Source: an uncultured Gammaproteobacteria bacterium
Lineage (GTDB): Bacteria; Pseudomonadota; Gammaproteobacteria; UBA6002
Length of the DNA stretch: 58,568 nucleotides
Reading direction: 5' to 3'
Assembly (NCBI GenBank): GCA_963705725.1
Contig: CAVPKM010000011.1
Coordinates: 1 to 58,568 of the forward strand
The notes under the pieces were generated by a model that saw nothing but the letters and a program-made list of their open reading frames with translations, did not search any database and was not told where the DNA came from. Both the position numbers and the translations under genes were made by a program. Positions 21,227-33,300 of this stretch are shown here, in pieces; position 1 is the first letter of the stretch, and each line of letters opens with the position of its first letter.

Positions 21227-22450
21227 TTACATTACTATACAATTGCCTCTATCTTGACCTTGAACTGAGCCTAATTCCGACTTCAAGGCAGAAAAGTGGG
21301 CAACAAGATCATTAAATATGGGTTCATCGTGACCTGTTTCTCGTTTTATTTGAAAAACTGTCAATTCAAGAGCAAAATCAATTAAAGCGATCCTCTCTTC
21401 ATCATCATTTAATTGAGAAAGCTCCTCAGTCAAGCAATTATATGCCTCCACCTTAAATCCATAGAATAGTTCACTTGAGTTTTCTCCATAACGAATATGA
21501 TATTGTTGGGATATATATCGATCATTGATGTCAGCTAACGCAAATTTGTGTTCCAAAAAAGGATAACAAAAGTCTAGACTTTGTTTGAAACTACTTCCAG
21601 GTCCTTTAGCTAAAGGCCACTTATTAACAAGCATCATACATTCTAACTCAGCATCATGAGCATTGAGAGTCGGAAGCACTTCTATAACCAGTGGTAAATT
21701 CATATTACTTTTTGGAACAAATAGATCAGGAAGATTTAGACATAAAGTGCTTCCCTCTTCATTGCTCTGAATACAATGACCAGGAAGGCGCCTAAGTAAG
21801 CTCTTTAACTTATGGCAAGCATTCTGATTTGGAGCCTCTATCATCCATTGATCCCCTTCCATATAACCTTTAATATATAAAGTCCGGGGATTATCTGTAA
21901 AAGAGGTAACAAATTGGCAGTAATCACCCAGTTTGTGCAAAAACTGTTCTTGAACACAGCTATATTCAAACTTCAAAGCAAGTTCATGCTTTAGTGTTTT
22001 ATACATAATTAAGTATTGTTGAGTTTGATTTAGCAAGCAAGCCATATCATCTTGAAAAGCGACTAACGATAAGAAAAGGTATGCATCTCCCCCAGCATAG
22101 GTTTCAGACAGGTGTTTAAAAAGGGAAAAACCATGGTGAGGCATGATCATGAAAATATCATGAAGAGCTTTACCAGGAGTATCGACACGAGAATCAGAAA
22201 ACCCACCTCTTTCATCTGTCATCTTAAAGTACTCAAACTCATTCTTTCTGCCACTGATGACGTTTAAGGCCTCAAGTAAAAGCGGAATACAAACAGGCTC
22301 CTTACGAGATCCATATTGTTGGCAGCAAGTTATTTTTGTATTCAATAGTTTCAAATACGATTCATATCGCTTTAACAAACGCGATGCATCTTTTTTTGAA
22401 AGTGTTAAATCAATTGATGGCGTTGGTTTAAACATAATTATTTCACTCAT
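21227..22450 (-). CDS. Hypothetical 407-aa protein with C-terminal CaaX motif (candidate secreted effector)
   Basis: Long ORF filling the ssb-rplQ interval; ends GNCIVM*; upstream TTGATT-17-CATAAT. Confidence 0.75.
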   Translation of the reverse strand: MSEIIMFKPTPSIDLTLSKKDASRLLKRYESYLKLLNTKITCCQQYGSRKEPVCIPLLLEALNVISGRKNEFEYFKMTDERGGFSDSRVDTPGKALHDIFMIMPHHGFSLFKHLSETYAGGDAYLFLSLVAFQDDMACLLNQTQQYLIMYKTLKHELALKFEYSCVQEQFLHKLGDYCQFVTSFTDNPRTLYIKGYMEGDQWMIEAPNQNACHKLKSLLRRLPGHCIQSNEEGSTLCLNLPDLFVPKSNMNLPLVIEVLPTLNAHDAELECMMLVNKWPLAKGPGSSFKQSLDFCYPFLEHKFALADINDRYISQQYHIRYGENSSELFYGFKVEAYNCLTEELSQLNDDEERIALIDFALELTVFQIKRETGHDEPIFNDLVAHFSALKSELGSVQGQDRGNCIVM

Positions 22451-22545
22451 TTATATGTAAATTTATAAATATTTAGTGAAATATTATGTCACTTTTATGC
22501 GATAAAATCAACGTTAATTTTATTTAAAATTAATAAATAGTGGGG

Positions 22546-22569
22546 TTATTGCCCTATATAGGGCAATAA
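22546..22569. terminator. Palindromic hairpin after rplQ
   Basis: TTATTGCCCTATATAGGGCAATAA, a perfect 24-bp palindrome downstream of rplQ. Confidence 0.55.
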
Positions 22570-22595
22570 TTTAAGAAAGACTTAAGCTTTAGGTA

Positions 22596-22961
22596 TTACC
22601 CAACTTCGCGGTCAACAAGTTCAACATAAGCCATTGGTGCTTTATCACTGGGCCGGAAACCGCATTTAATAATGCGCAGATAGCCACCAGGGCGATTTTT
22701 ATATCTGGGACCTAGTTCAGTAAATAATTTGTTAAGAATGATTTTGTCACGAAGGCGATTAAAAGCTAAACGACGGTTAGGAACGTTATCTTCCTTAGCA
22801 AGTGTCAGTATAGGTTCCACTACACGTCTTAATTCTTTAGCCTTAGGCAAGGTTGTTTTAATGAGTTCATGATTTAGTAATGAAACTACCATATTTTTAT
22901 ACATGGCTTTTCGATGGCTACTATTACGATTGAGCTTTCTACCACTTTTACGATGTCGCAT
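22596..22961 (-). CDS. rplQ: 50S ribosomal protein L17
   Basis: [20 protein letters not shown]. Confidence 0.98.
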   Translation of the reverse strand: MRHRKSGRKLNRNSSHRKAMYKNMVVSLLNHELIKTTLPKAKELRRVVEPILTLAKEDNVPNRRLAFNRLRDKIILNKLFTELGPRYKNRPGGYLRIIKCGFRPSDKAPMAYVELVDREVG

Positions 22962-22969
22962 TTTAGTTC

Positions 22970-23959
22970 CTACTCTTTATCTTTATCATGAACAGGTATT
23001 GGCGGCCAAGTATCTAATCGCATACCAAGGCTTAACCCTCTAGAAGCTAAGACACTCTTAATTTCTAATAATGACTTCTTTCCTAGATTAGGTGTTTTTA
23101 ATAAATCGTTTTCAGTACGTTGAACAAGATCACCAATATAATAAATATTTTCTGCTTTTAAACAGTTAGCCGCTCTAACAGTTAGCTCTAGATCATCAAC
23201 AGGTCTAAGAAGAATGGGATTCACTTCTTCTTCTTCTGGATGAGAAGTTTTATGTTCTTCATGTTTTAACTCAACAAAGGCGGAGAGTTGATGTTGAAGA
23301 ATTGTTGCACAACGTCTGATGGCTTCTTCTGGATCAACAGTTCCATTAGTTTCTAGATCTATAATTAAGCGATCAAGATCAGTCCTATTTTCAACACGGG
23401 CATTTTCTACATGATATGAGATTTTTTTAATTGGGCTAAACGATGCATCTAGTTGTAAGCGTCCGACTGGCTTACCTTCTTGTTGCAACTGATTAGCGGG
23501 AACATAGCCTCTTCCTGTTACCACCTTGATTGTCATTTTTAACTCACCTTCATCTTTGGTGATATGAGCAATCACATGTTCTGGGTTAACAATTTCAACA
23601 TCATGTTCTAGTTTAAAATCCGCTGCTGTGACAGGTCCTGCTGTCTTTTTATGAAGTGACAAAGTGACCTCATTTCGACCAGACAGCTTAAACGCAATGC
23701 CTTTAAGATTTAAAAGTATGTCAACCACGTCTTCTCGAACATCTTTCAATGTCCCATATTCGTGTAATGCACCTTCTATCGTCGCTTCTTTTACAGCTGC
23801 ACCGATCATCGATGATAAACCGACACGACGAAATAGGTTACCTATTGTAGTTCCAAAACCCCTTTCAAAAGGTTCTAAGGTAATGATATATCGAGTTGGC
23901 GATAATGACTCAACTTTAATCGTGTGGGGCGTTAAAAATGATGTATAAATATCCTGCAT
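22970..23959 (-). CDS. rpoA: RNA polymerase alpha subunit
   Basis: [30 protein letters not shown] and PNLGKKSL motifs. Confidence 0.98.
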   Translation of the reverse strand: MQDIYTSFLTPHTIKVESLSPTRYIITLEPFERGFGTTIGNLFRRVGLSSMIGAAVKEATIEGALHEYGTLKDVREDVVDILLNLKGIAFKLSGRNEVTLSLHKKTAGPVTAADFKLEHDVEIVNPEHVIAHITKDEGELKMTIKVVTGRGYVPANQLQQEGKPVGRLQLDASFSPIKKISYHVENARVENRTDLDRLIIDLETNGTVDPEEAIRRCATILQHQLSAFVELKHEEHKTSHPEEEEVNPILLRPVDDLELTVRAANCLKAENIYYIGDLVQRTENDLLKTPNLGKKSLLEIKSVLASRGLSLGMRLDTWPPIPVHDKDKE

Positions 23960-23969
23960 ATTACTACCT

Positions 23970-24593
23970 CTACTTAGAGTAAAGCTCCACTACCATATTA
24001 ACTTTAAATTCAGCTGGCAGATTAAAAATGTCTGGGTAAGCTTTATAGGTGGCACTTAGTTCTTTAGAATTAACTTCTATCCATTGAGATGGCTCATTCC
24101 GTTTGGCGAGTTCCATAGCGGCTAAAATTCTTAACTGCTTTTTAGCTTTTTCTCTTACTTCAATCACATCACCTGGCTTGACTGAATAAGAAGGAATATT
24201 AACTACATGACCATTAACAAGAATAGCTTTATGATTAACAATTTGTCTCGCTTCTGCACGCGTCGAGGCTAAACCTATACGATAAACAACATTGTCTAAT
24301 CGAGATTCTAAGAGTACTAATAAATTATCTCCAGTAGAACCTTTCATCCGATCCGCTTTTGAATAATAGAGACGAAATTGTTTCTCTAATACACCATAGT
24401 AGCGGCGAATCAGCTGCTTCATTCGAAGCTGCATACCATAATCAGTGGAGCGACCACGTTTTGCCCCATGCTGTCCAGGAGCAAGCGTTAGTTTTTTTCC
24501 TTTCTTACTGTCATCTTGTAAATTACTTTTTAATCCAAGATTTGTCTTTTCACGACGTTGAAGCTTCCACTTAGGACCAATATACTTTGCCAT
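23970..24593 (-). CDS. rpsD: 30S ribosomal protein S4
   Basis: [23 protein letters not shown]. Confidence 0.98.
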   Translation of the reverse strand: MAKYIGPKWKLQRREKTNLGLKSNLQDDSKKGKKLTLAPGQHGAKRGRSTDYGMQLRMKQLIRRYYGVLEKQFRLYYSKADRMKGSTGDNLLVLLESRLDNVVYRIGLASTRAEARQIVNHKAILVNGHVVNIPSYSVKPGDVIEVREKAKKQLRILAAMELAKRNEPSQWIEVNSKELSATYKAYPDIFNLPAEFKVNMVVELYSK

Positions 24594-24605
24594 AACACAA
24601 TTCTC

Positions 24606-24980
24606 CTATACACGACGCTTTTTAGGTGGTCGACAGCCATTATGGGGGATGGATGTGACATCTGTAATATTAGTGACTTCAAGTTCGCAAGTTCGAAGTG
24701 TTCTAATTGCTGCTTCCCTGCCACCACCAGGACCTTTTACAAAAACATCTATATAAAGCAGTCCATGCTGTTCTTTGGCTGATTTAACTGCGCGTTCTGC
24801 TGCCATCTGTGCAGCAAATGGCGTTCCTTTTTTTGATCCTTTAAAGCCACATGTGCCTGAACTGGACCAAGAGATTACATTGCCTTGTGCATCGGTTATC
24901 GTAACAATTGTATTATTAAATTTAGCCGTAATATGCGCTTGACCATGAGAAACATGTGATTTTGATTTTTTTCGTGACAT
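24606..24980 (-). CDS. rpsK: 30S ribosomal protein S11
   Basis: [29 protein letters not shown]. Confidence 0.98.
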   Translation of the reverse strand: MSRKKSKSHVSHGQAHITAKFNNTIVTITDAQGNVISWSSSGTCGFKGSKKGTPFAAQMAAERAVKSAKEQHGLLYIDVFVKGPGGGREAAIRTLRTCELEVTNITDVTSIPHNGCRPPKKRRV

Positions 24981-25000
24981 AATTGATTTTTCCCAAATAC

Positions 25001-25363
25001 TTATTTACGTACAGGCTTAGCCTTACCCTTTCGAGTACGTGCGTTAGTGCGTGTACGCTGACCCCTTAGTGGTAAACCCCTACGATGACGAATTCCCCGG
25101 TAGCAACCAAGGTCTGTCAAGCGTTTGATATTCATCGTAATTTCCCGACGAAGATCACCTTCAATTGTATAATTTGCAAGCTCAGCACGTATGGCATCAA
25201 GCTCAGCTTCAGTTAAATTTTTGATCTTAGTATAGGGATCAATGCCAATCTTTTTACAGATATTAACTGCTGTTGGTCTACCAATACCATAGATTGCCGT
25301 CAATGCAATTTCTGCATTTTTTTGTACTGGAATGTTTACACCTGCAATACGGGCCATTGCCAT
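25001..25363 (-). CDS. rpsM: 30S ribosomal protein S13
   Basis: [23 protein letters not shown]. Confidence 0.98.
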   Translation of the reverse strand: MAMARIAGVNIPVQKNAEIALTAIYGIGRPTAVNICKKIGIDPYTKIKNLTEAELDAIRAELANYTIEGDLRREITMNIKRLTDLGCYRGIRHRRGLPLRGQRTRTNARTRKGKAKPVRK

Positions 25364-25410
25364 TAATTAATCTCCCAAATAACTGAAAATTGTCTGTAAA
25401 AAAGTTGACT

Positions 25411-25439
25411 AGAATACCGCTTTAAATAGCAAAAAGCAA
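25411..25439 (-). promoter_or_regulatory. Alpha-operon promoter
   Basis: TTGCTT-17 nt-TATTCT upstream of rpsM. Confidence 0.5.
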
Positions 25440-25452
25440 GCCCTAGGTGGCA

Positions 25453-25572
25453 CTAACATCCTTGACGCTGTTTATGGCGACCATCCTTGCTACAGATAAC
25501 ACGCACAACTCTATTGCGCTTAATAATCTTACAATTTCTGCAGATTTTTTTTACTGATGCTCTTACTTTCAC
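25453..25572 (-). CDS. rpmJ: 50S ribosomal protein L36 (not in the ORF track)
   Basis: GTG start with GGAG RBS; [39 protein letters not shown]. Confidence 0.96.
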   Translation of the reverse strand: MKVRASVKKICRNCKIIKRNRVVRVICSKDGRHKQRQGC

Positions 25573-25627
25573 TTTAGCTTTCTCCAAAATAATTCATTAA
25601 ATACAGGCGGCAGAACATGCCTAGTTA

Positions 25628-26956
25628 TTAACGCAATAAACCTAAATGACGGCCCTTAATATTTGATTTCTTCATGATGGATTCATACTGGTATGACATC
25701 AAATGCGCTTGTAATTGCGATATGAAATCCATGATTACTACCACAATAATTAATAATGAAGTACCACCAAAATAAAAAGGCACATGCCAAGTCGCAATTA
25801 AAAAGTCAGGCAACAAGGCAACTAATGATAAATAAATTGCTCCAACCGCTGTCAGCCTAGTCATCACCTTATCAATATAGTTAGCTGTACTTTCACCTGG
25901 GCGAATTCCTAGAATAAAGGCCCCTGATTTTTTTAAATTATCAGCTGTTTCTTTTGGATTAAATACCATTGCGGTATAAAAAAAGCAAAAGAAAATTATC
26001 GCGGCAGTAAACAATATTAAATATAAGGGTTGCCCAACAGATAAGGCTACACTCAGCTCATTAAGCCATCCCATGTGCTTAACACTGCTAAAAAAACGCG
26101 CAATCGTTGCAGGAAACATAATCAAGCTCGATGCAAAAATAGGAGGAATCACACCTGACATATTTATTTTGAGCGGTAAATGACTAGTTTGAGCCGCATA
26201 TATTTTTCTGCCTTGTTGTCGTTTTGCATAATTAACCGGTATCTTTCGCTGCGCTCTCTCCATGAATACAACAAAGCCAGTGACTGCAAGCACTAAGGCT
26301 GTCAATATTAGCAGAGAAACAACTTGCATTTGCCCTTGGCGAACTTGTGTAAATACTTGTGAAACTGCCTCAGGAAAACGCGAAACAATTCCAGCAAATA
26401 TAATCAGCGAGATACCATTGCCGATACCGCGCTCTGTCATCTGTTCACCCAACCACATAAGGAACATGGTGCCTGTTACCAGCGTCAGCGTCGCCGTAAA
26501 GTAAAATCCAAAACCTGGATTCAACACAATACCTTGACTTGCAAGCCATTTGGCAATACCAATTGCTTGAAAAAATGAGAGGGCTAATGTGCCATAACGT
26601 GTATATTCATTGATTTTTCTGCGACCTGCTTCACCTTCTTTTTTTAATTGTTCTACTTTAGGTGAGATGACTGTGAAAAGCTGCATAACAATAGAGGCAG
26701 ATATGTACGGCATTACACCCAAGGCAAAAAGGGTAAGATGTCGTAATGCACCACCAGAGATCATGTTTGCGAAACCTAATATTCCACCTGAATGCTGAGT
26801 AAATAGCTCTGCTAATTTTTTAGGATCTATTCCTGGAACAGGAATATGCGCCCCAATTCGGTAAATAATTATACCTAAGAGCACAAACAGAATTCTTTTT
26901 TTTAATTCAGTTAATCCACCTTGAGATAAGGCTGATCCTAAATTACCTTTAGCCAT
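25628..26956 (-). CDS. secY: Preprotein translocase SecY
   Basis: [29 protein letters not shown]. Confidence 0.98.
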   Translation of the reverse strand: MAKGNLGSALSQGGLTELKKRILFVLLGIIIYRIGAHIPVPGIDPKKLAELFTQHSGGILGFANMISGGALRHLTLFALGVMPYISASIVMQLFTVISPKVEQLKKEGEAGRRKINEYTRYGTLALSFFQAIGIAKWLASQGIVLNPGFGFYFTATLTLVTGTMFLMWLGEQMTERGIGNGISLIIFAGIVSRFPEAVSQVFTQVRQGQMQVVSLLILTALVLAVTGFVVFMERAQRKIPVNYAKRQQGRKIYAAQTSHLPLKINMSGVIPPIFASSLIMFPATIARFFSSVKHMGWLNELSVALSVGQPLYLILFTAAIIFFCFFYTAMVFNPKETADNLKKSGAFILGIRPGESTANYIDKVMTRLTAVGAIYLSLVALLPDFLIATWHVPFYFGGTSLLIIVVVIMDFISQLQAHLMSYQYESIMKKSNIKGRHLGLLR

Positions 26957-27390
26957 TATTGCTCAACCTTACCGCCTGCTGCTTCAATAAGCTTTTTAGC
27001 ACCAGAGGTTACATTTATACCAGAAACCGTTACTGCTTGTTTAACCTTTCCTGACGCGATTATTTTTACGTATTTAGTTTTAGCAGGAATAATATTTGCT
27101 AACTTTAAACTTGTTAAGTTAACTATGCCATCAACTAATTGATCTAATTCATGAAGCCTAACTTCAGAGGTAACAATTGATTTTCGTGATTTAAAACCAA
27201 ACTTAGGTAATCTTCGTTGGATTGGCATTTGTCCACCTTCGAACCCAACTTTATGATAGCCTCCAGCTCGTGAATGTTGACCCTTATGTCCTCTTCCAGC
27301 TGTTTTACCAATGCCACTACCAATACCACGACCAACCCGTGTTGCCTTTCGTTTTGAGCCTGGATTAGGCTGTATTGTATTGAGGTACAT
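26956..27390 (-). CDS. rplO: 50S ribosomal protein L15
   Basis: [17 protein letters not shown]. Confidence 0.98.
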   Translation of the reverse strand: MYLNTIQPNPGSKRKATRVGRGIGSGIGKTAGRGHKGQHSRAGGYHKVGFEGGQMPIQRRLPKFGFKSRKSIVTSEVRLHELDQLVDGIVNLTSLKLANIIPAKTKYVKIIASGKVKQAVTVSGINVTSGAKKLIEAAGGKVEQ

Positions 27391-27391
27391 A

Positions 27392-27580
27392 TTAACTTTC
27401 CTCTACTTTTAAAAGGTACATGACTTTATTGATCATACCACGATTTTCAGGTGTGCTCGGAACCATGACTGCTTGATGACGTCTCTTAATACCCAGCCCT
27501 CTTACACAAGCTTTATGACTTTCTATACACTTAGAAAGTCCTCGTACTAGCGTTACTTTTAATTGTTTAGTATTACTCAT
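27392..27580 (-). CDS. rpmD: 50S ribosomal protein L30
   Basis: LKVTLVR...GLG...RGMINKV; spc-operon position. Confidence 0.95.
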   Translation of the reverse strand: MSNTKQLKVTLVRGLSKCIESHKACVRGLGIKRRHQAVMVPSTPENRGMINKVMYLLKVEES

Positions 27581-27583
27581 GAG

Positions 27584-28087
27584 CTATCCCATAATTTCTT
27601 CTATTGATTTACCACGTTTTTTTGCAATGAGTTCAGGTGTTGACATATCGATCAAACCATTAACCGTTGCACGTACAACATTCATCGGGTTTGATGAACC
27701 GATAATTTTTGAGAGTACATTTTTAATTCCCATTACCTCGAAAACAGCACGCATTGCACTGCCCGCAATAATGCCTGTACCCTCTGAAGCAGGTTTCATA
27801 AATACCTTAGTCGCACCATGTCTGCCCAAAATTTGATGTTGAAGTGTTGTTCCCTTCATTGGTATACGCACTCGATTACGACGAGCGTTTTCCATGGCTT
27901 TTTTAATTGCAATTGGTACTTCTTTAGCTTTCCCTGTCCCGTATCCTATTTCGCCCTCTCCATCACCCATTACCACAATTGCAGTAAAACTAAAATTTCT
28001 ACCACCTTTAACAGTCTTAGAAGTACGATTGACGTAAACTAACTTGTCTGTTTTTTCTGCTACGAGTGAATCATTATCATTTGTCAT
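27584..28087 (-). CDS. rpsE: 30S ribosomal protein S5
   Basis: KTVKGGR, GTGIIAG. Confidence 0.98.
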   Translation of the reverse strand: MTNDNDSLVAEKTDKLVYVNRTSKTVKGGRNFSFTAIVVMGDGEGEIGYGTGKAKEVPIAIKKAMENARRNRVRIPMKGTTLQHQILGRHGATKVFMKPASEGTGIIAGSAMRAVFEVMGIKNVLSKIIGSSNPMNVVRATVNGLIDMSTPELIAKKRGKSIEEIMG

Positions 28088-28101
28088 TTAAAAACCCTTA
28101 A

Positions 28102-28452
28102 CTATATCGGTAAACCATTTTCACGCGCTGAGTCAGCAAGTGCTTTAATCCGGCCATGATATTTAAAGCCTGAACGATCGAAGGCTAATTTTGTAATCCC
28201 TTTATCCTGACAGCGCAAAGCAATAATCTTACCTATTTGTTTAGCGGCTTGAATATTTCCGCCGTTAGATATTTCAGATTTAAGTGCTTTCTCTAATGTT
28301 GAAGCACTAGCTAAGATTTGCCCATTAGGCGTGATTATTTGAACATAAATATGGTTTGGTGTTCTATGAACCGAAATTCGATTGATATCTAACCGTTTAA
28401 TTGTCGCACGTGTTCGCTTAGCACGTCGAAGTCGCATTGCTTTTTTGTCCAT
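28102..28452 (-). CDS. rplR: 50S ribosomal protein L18
   Basis: [11 protein letters not shown]. Confidence 0.98.
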   Translation of the reverse strand: MDKKAMRLRRAKRTRATIKRLDINRISVHRTPNHIYVQIITPNGQILASASTLEKALKSEISNGGNIQAAKQIGKIIALRCQDKGITKLAFDRSGFKYHGRIKALADSARENGLPI

Positions 28453-28985
28453 TATTTTTTCTTAGCCTCTTTAAGAATAACTTGTTGACCTTTATATCGA
28501 ACACCTTTTCCTTTATATGGTTCGATAGGACGATATGCGATGATATCAGCACATACCTGTCCTACTAATTCTTTATCAATCCCCTTTACCAGTATTTCAG
28601 TCGCAGTTGGGGTGTCAATGGTAATACCCTTTGGAATAGGATGATTGATTGGGTGTGAATGCCCTAACGTTAAGGATAGTATCTCTCCCTTAACCTGGGC
28701 TTTATAGCCGACACCAACAAGTGCTAACGTTTTTTCAAAACCTGAACTGACTCCAATTACCATATTATTTATCACAGCACGCGTTGTCCCGGATAAAGCC
28801 TTAAGCCCATCGCGATCAGATCCTAGTGACACATGAAGTGCATTATCTTCAAGTTTTACAGATACTGCATCATGTATCCTTCTCTCTAAAGTACCCTTAT
28901 TGCCTTTTATAGTAATAAGATTATCGCTGATAGTGACATTGACACCAGAGGGTAATTTAACTGGATTTTTAGCAACTCTAGACAT
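28452..28985 (-). CDS. rplF: 50S ribosomal protein L6
   Basis: MSRVAKNP start after GGAG; EPYKGKG. Confidence 0.98.
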   Translation of the reverse strand: MSRVAKNPVKLPSGVNVTISDNLITIKGNKGTLERRIHDAVSVKLEDNALHVSLGSDRDGLKALSGTTRAVINNMVIGVSSGFEKTLALVGVGYKAQVKGEILSLTLGHSHPINHPIPKGITIDTPTATEILVKGIDKELVGQVCADIIAYRPIEPYKGKGVRYKGQQVILKEAKKK

Positions 28986-28993
28986 TACGGCTC

Positions 28994-29389
28994 CTACGAT
29001 ACATAACAAATAACTTCACCGCCTTGTCCTGCATGGCGAGCAGCGTGATCCGTCATTAGTCCATTAGAAGTAGATATAATAGCTACGCCTAATCCACTCA
29101 TTACTTTTGGAAGTGCTGACTTACCAACATAAACACGCAAGCCTGGTCGACTAACGCGTTTTATCTTTTTGATAACAGGTCTGCCATTGTAATATTTTAA
29201 CTCGATAACGAGTGTGCTTAGCTTATCTTCTTGGCTAATAGAATAATCTTCTATATAACCTTCATTTTTCAACACCTCAGCAATCGCAACTTTTTGTTTG
29301 GATGATGGCATATTAACCTGTTTTTTAGCAACAGATTGTGCGTTTCTAATTCGAGTTAGCATATCTGCAACAGGATCAGAGATACTCAT
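28994..29389 (-). CDS. rpsH: 30S ribosomal protein S8
   Basis: [20 protein letters not shown]. Confidence 0.98.
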   Translation of the reverse strand: MSISDPVADMLTRIRNAQSVAKKQVNMPSSKQKVAIAEVLKNEGYIEDYSISQEDKLSTLVIELKYYNGRPVIKKIKRVSRPGLRVYVGKSALPKVMSGLGVAIISTSNGLMTDHAARHAGQGGEVICYVS

Positions 29390-29432
29390 TTATATAAATC
29401 CTCAATAATTCAATTAGTCTATAAAGTATGTT

Positions 29433-29738
29433 TTACCAACTTGCTTTTTCTAAACCTGGCACATCGCCACGCATTGCGGCTTCTCGCAAATGAATTCTGC
29501 AAAGCATAAATTTTCGATAGACGGCTCGTGGTCGACCACATTGCATGCAACGCCTTTGTTTGCGTGAAGGGCTTTCATCTCTATCACGTTGATTAAGCTT
29601 TTTTACCGCTTCTAGTTTGTCATCATATGACGTGTTGAGATCTAGAATCACGGCTTTTAATTTAGCTCGTATCTTACGACCTCGATTAGATTTTTTTTCT
29701 CGTACAACTTCACGAGCTATCATATTTTTTTTAGCCAT
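29433..29738 (-). CDS. rpsN: 30S ribosomal protein S14
   Basis: [10 protein letters not shown]...GRPR...PGLEKASW. Confidence 0.97.
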   Translation of the reverse strand: MAKKNMIAREVVREKKSNRGRKIRAKLKAVILDLNTSYDDKLEAVKKLNQRDRDESPSRKQRRCMQCGRPRAVYRKFMLCRIHLREAAMRGDVPGLEKASW

Positions 29739-29746
29739 TTATACCT

Positions 29747-30283
29747 CTATTCCTTAAACGGAAAATTAAACGCAGACAACAATGCACGCCCTTCTTTGTC
29801 TGTTTTTGCACTCGTCGTGATTGCTATATTCAAACCGCGAATGGCGTCAATTTTGTCAAGATCAATTTCAGGAAAAACAATCTGTTCTCGGATACCAAGG
29901 TTATAATTTCCTTGGCCATCGAATCCTTTAGCGCTTAATCCGCGAAAATCACGTATTCGTGGAAATACATAACAAATCAGCCTTTCGAGTAGTTCGTACA
30001 TTCTTTCACTACGAACGGTTACCTTGCATCCAATTGCCATGCCTTCGCGAAGTTTAAACCCAGCAATTGACTTACGCGCAACGGTGGGAACCGCTTTTTG
30101 CCCGGCAATCAGTGTTAGTTCAGCTATAGCATTAGCAAGTATTTTTTTGTCAGCACCTGCATCTAAGCCAATATTCAGTGTTATTTTTTCAGGTTTTGGA
30201 ACCTGCATAATACTATCATACTTAAACTGCTCCATGAGCTGGTTACGTATTTTATCTTGATATAGTTTTCGAAACCTGGCCAT
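29747..30283 (-). CDS. rplE: 50S ribosomal protein L5
   Basis: [19 protein letters not shown]. Confidence 0.98.
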   Translation of the reverse strand: MARFRKLYQDKIRNQLMEQFKYDSIMQVPKPEKITLNIGLDAGADKKILANAIAELTLIAGQKAVPTVARKSIAGFKLREGMAIGCKVTVRSERMYELLERLICYVFPRIRDFRGLSAKGFDGQGNYNLGIREQIVFPEIDLDKIDAIRGLNIAITTSAKTDKEGRALLSAFNFPFKE

Positions 30284-30297
30284 CTATTCTCTCACCC

Positions 30298-30621
30298 TTA
30301 AATATCTATGACTTCATTTGTCGATTTAAAAACCCGAACTTTACGTCCGTCATCTAGCCTTTTAATACCGATTTTTTCTGCTTGATTCGTATTAGGGTTA
30401 ATCAATGCAACATTTGAGGCATGTATTGGTGCTTCTTGCTCTGTAATGCCACCTTTATTACCTTTGTTTGGGTTAGGCTTGACATGTTTTTTAACAAGGT
30501 TAACTCCCTCTACTACAAGCTTACCATTTGCAATAACTTTAAGTACTTTACCTTTTTTACCCTTGCTCTTTCCAGTTATGACGACAACAACATCATCTTT
30601 TTTGACCTTACACATTGACAT
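30298..30621 (-). CDS. rplX: 50S ribosomal protein L24
   Basis: KOW motif, EAPIHASNV. Confidence 0.98.
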   Translation of the reverse strand: MSMCKVKKDDVVVVITGKSKGKKGKVLKVIANGKLVVEGVNLVKKHVKPNPNKGNKGGITEQEAPIHASNVALINPNTNQAEKIGIKRLDDGRKVRVFKSTNEVIDI

Positions 30622-30635
30622 GACATTTCTCTCTT

Positions 30636-31001
30636 TTATAGAACTTCAGGAGCAAGTGATATAATTTTCATATATTCCGCTCGTAATTCACGCGAAACCG
30701 GACCGAATATACGTGTTCCAATCGGTTCTTTTTGATTATTTAACAATACGACTGCATTATCATCAAAACGAATTAATGAGCCATCTTGTCTACGCACCCC
30801 TTTGCGAGTTCGTACTACAACAGCAAACATCACATCGCCTTTTTTTACTTTACCACGTGGAATCGCTTCTTTAATACTGACTTTGATAATGTCGCCTACA
30901 TTTGCATAGCGTCTTTTAGAACCTTTCAGCACTTTAATACACATAACTCGACGAGCACCACTATTATCAGCCACATCAAGTCTTGATTGCGTCTGGATCA
31001 T
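30636..31001 (-). CDS. rplN: 50S ribosomal protein L14
   Basis: VADNSGA, SLAPEVL. Confidence 0.98.
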   Translation of the reverse strand: MIQTQSRLDVADNSGARRVMCIKVLKGSKRRYANVGDIIKVSIKEAIPRGKVKKGDVMFAVVVRTRKGVRRQDGSLIRFDDNAVVLLNNQKEPIGTRIFGPVSRELRAEYMKIISLAPEVL

Positions 31002-31090
31002 TTAATTTAAGCCTCCAATTCAATCTTTACGCGGAGTAAAGATTTTCGATTGTAACATTTATTTCATATCAAATAAAACCGTTCGACAAG

Positions 31091-31357
31091 CTAAGCCACC
31101 ACTGCTTGTTCGAGAATTTTATCGAGAGTCCAGCTTTTAGTTTTAGAAAAAGGTCGGCATTCTGTTATCTGTACAGTATCGCCAATTGCACATTGGTTAT
31201 TTTCATCATGCACATGATACTTTTTGGTTCGCTTAATATATTTACCATAAACTGCATGTTTGATTTGTCTTTCTACTTTGACAACGATTGTTTTTGTCAT
31301 TTTGTTGCTTACTACCACACCAACTAAGGCACGAGTTAATTTTGTTGTTTCCGTCAT
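31091..31357 (-). CDS. rpsQ: 30S ribosomal protein S17
   Basis: [20 protein letters not shown]. Confidence 0.98.
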   Translation of the reverse strand: MTETTKLTRALVGVVVSNKMTKTIVVKVERQIKHAVYGKYIKRTKKYHVHDENNQCAIGDTVQITECRPFSKTKSWTLDKILEQAVVA

Positions 31358-31548
31358 TACTGCTCCGCCTTCTCTCTCAAAATTGTGTTAACTTGTGCGA
31401 TAGCGCGCCGTACATTTTTAAATAAATGTGGCTTGGGTAATTTGCCTAGGCCTCGCTGCATTCTTAAATTAAATTGTTCGTGTAACAATGCGGTTAGTTC
31501 TTTATGCAAATCATGCGCTGATTTGTTTCGTAATTCTGTTAAATTCAT
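31357..31548 (-). CDS. rpmC: 50S ribosomal protein L29
   Basis: [14 protein letters not shown]; S10-operon position. Confidence 0.96.
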   Translation of the reverse strand: MNLTELRNKSAHDLHKELTALLHEQFNLRMQRGLGKLPKPHLFKNVRRAIAQVNTILREKAEQ

Positions 31549-31961
31549 TACATCACCGTTCTTTTTACAAATGTGGTACCCATTGGTAGCTTAGCTGCTG
31601 CTAACACAAAGGCTTCTCTGGCAAGCTCTTCAGGAATACCCTCAATTTCTATGAGGATTTTGCCAGGTTTAACAAGCGCCACGTGATATTCTACATTACC
31701 TTTACCCTTCCCCATCCTCACTTCTAATGGTTTTTTTGTGATTGGTTTATCAGGGAAGACACGAATCCAAACTTTCCCACCTCTTTTGATTGCTCTTGAA
31801 ATGGTACGTCTCGCTGCTTCGATTTGTCTTGCAGTCACTCTGCCACGTTCTGTAACTTTTAACCCGTATTCGCCAAAACTTATCTTGCTTCCACGACTTG
31901 ACAAACCTCGGTTGCGACCTTTAAATTGCTTGCGAAACTTTGCTCGTTTTGGTTGTAACAT
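31548..31961 (-). CDS. rplP: 50S ribosomal protein L16
   Basis: MLQPKR, RMGKGKG. Confidence 0.98.
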   Translation of the reverse strand: MLQPKRAKFRKQFKGRNRGLSSRGSKISFGEYGLKVTERGRVTARQIEAARRTISRAIKRGGKVWIRVFPDKPITKKPLEVRMGKGKGNVEYHVALVKPGKILIEIEGIPEELAREAFVLAAAKLPMGTTFVKRTVM

Positions 31962-31987
31962 GATCGAATTCCTCTAATTATTCCGCA

Positions 31988-32644
31988 CTACTCTTTAGGA
32001 ACTTCATTTTCAGTTTCAGATGCCAGGACTTCTCCTTTAAAAATCCAGACCTTTACTCCAATGACACCATAAGTTGTATGCGCTGATGCCGTTCCATAAT
32101 CGATATCTGCACGTAGTGTATGCAAAGGAACTCGCCCTTCACGATACCATTCCGTACGCGCAATTTCAGCTCCACCTAGCCTGCCGCTTACTGTTATTTT
32201 AATTCCTAATGCACCTGCACGCATGGCATTTTGCACCGCACGCTTCATTGCCCGACGAAACATGACTCGACGTTCGAGCTGTTGTGCCACACTCGCTCCA
32301 ACAAGTTTCGCATCTAGCTCAGGTTTTTTAATTTCAACGATGTTGATATGGACAGGCACGCCCATTATCTTACGAATTTCTTCTCGCAGATCGTCTACTT
32401 CAGTTCCTTTTTTTCCAATAATAACGCCTGGTCGAGCCGCTTTAATTTTAATTAATGCATTTTTTGCTGGTCGTTCTATCTCTATATCACTAACTGCAGC
32501 CGATGCAAGTCGTCGCTGAACATATTCCCTAACTTTCATATCTGTATTGAGATAGTTAGCGTAATCTTTATCTGCATACCACTTTGAATTAGATTCTCTT
32601 GTGATGCCTAAACGTAGACCAATTGGATTGACTTTTTGACCCAT
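31988..32644 (-). CDS. rpsC: 30S ribosomal protein S3
   Basis: [21 protein letters not shown]. Confidence 0.98.
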   Translation of the reverse strand: MGQKVNPIGLRLGITRESNSKWYADKDYANYLNTDMKVREYVQRRLASAAVSDIEIERPAKNALIKIKAARPGVIIGKKGTEVDDLREEIRKIMGVPVHINIVEIKKPELDAKLVGASVAQQLERRVMFRRAMKRAVQNAMRAGALGIKITVSGRLGGAEIARTEWYREGRVPLHTLRADIDYGTASAHTTYGVIGVKVWIFKGEVLASETENEVPKE

Positions 32645-32659
32645 TATATCCTCTTTCGA

Positions 32660-32995
32660 TTAAGTTTCAGACACCATCACTGTAATATGACAGCTGCGCT
32701 TTAATATCCGGTCTGAACGCCCTCTTGCCCTTGTATGCAAGCGTTTCATGGTCGGTCCTTGGTCAACAAATATTTGAGATATTCTCAGCTCGTCAATATC
32801 CATTCCTTCATTATGCTCTGCATTTGCAATGGCAGAATCTAATAGTTTTTTTATTAAAACTGCGGCTTTTTTATTACTAAAAATGAGGATATCACTTGCT
32901 TGACCCACTGTTTTACCACGAATCTGATCGGCGACCAGCCGAACTTTTTGTGGCGATATTTTGGCATTTTTTAATTTTGCTGCAACTTCATTCAT
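32660..32995 (-). CDS. rplV: 50S ribosomal protein L22
   Basis: [19 protein letters not shown]. Confidence 0.98.
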   Translation of the reverse strand: MNEVAAKLKNAKISPQKVRLVADQIRGKTVGQASDILIFSNKKAAVLIKKLLDSAIANAEHNEGMDIDELRISQIFVDQGPTMKRLHTRARGRSDRILKRSCHITVMVSET

Positions 32996-32998
32996 TTG

Positions 32999-33283
32999 CT
33001 AACCTCCTTTTTTTGCTGCTTTTCTGTCGCCAGAATGTGAGCGGAAGGTTCTTGTTAAAGCAAACTCGCCAAACTTATGTCCTACCATATTTTCTGTCAC
33101 ATAAACAGGTACATGAATTTTTCCGTTATGAACACCAAATGTAATGCCCACAAACTCGGGCATAATTGTTGATCTACGCGACCATGTTTTAATCGGCTTC
33201 TTTGTTCCCGATGTACTCACTTCCTCTACTTTTTTAAGTACGTGATGATCGACGAATGGCCCTTTTTTAATAGAACGTGACAC
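32999..33283 (-). CDS. rpsS: 30S ribosomal protein S19
   Basis: [17 protein letters not shown]; GTG start. Confidence 0.98.
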   Translation of the reverse strand: MSRSIKKGPFVDHHVLKKVEEVSTSGTKKPIKTWSRRSTIMPEFVGITFGVHNGKIHVPVYVTENMVGHKFGEFALTRTFRSHSGDRKAAKKGG

Positions 33284-33300
33284 TTTAATACCTCTCTATA

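Noticed and set aside
22500-22540. PmrA-type direct repeat upstream of the CaaX gene
   Set aside because: TTAA units are spaced 6 and 10 nt rather than 11, and the region is too AT-rich to be informative.
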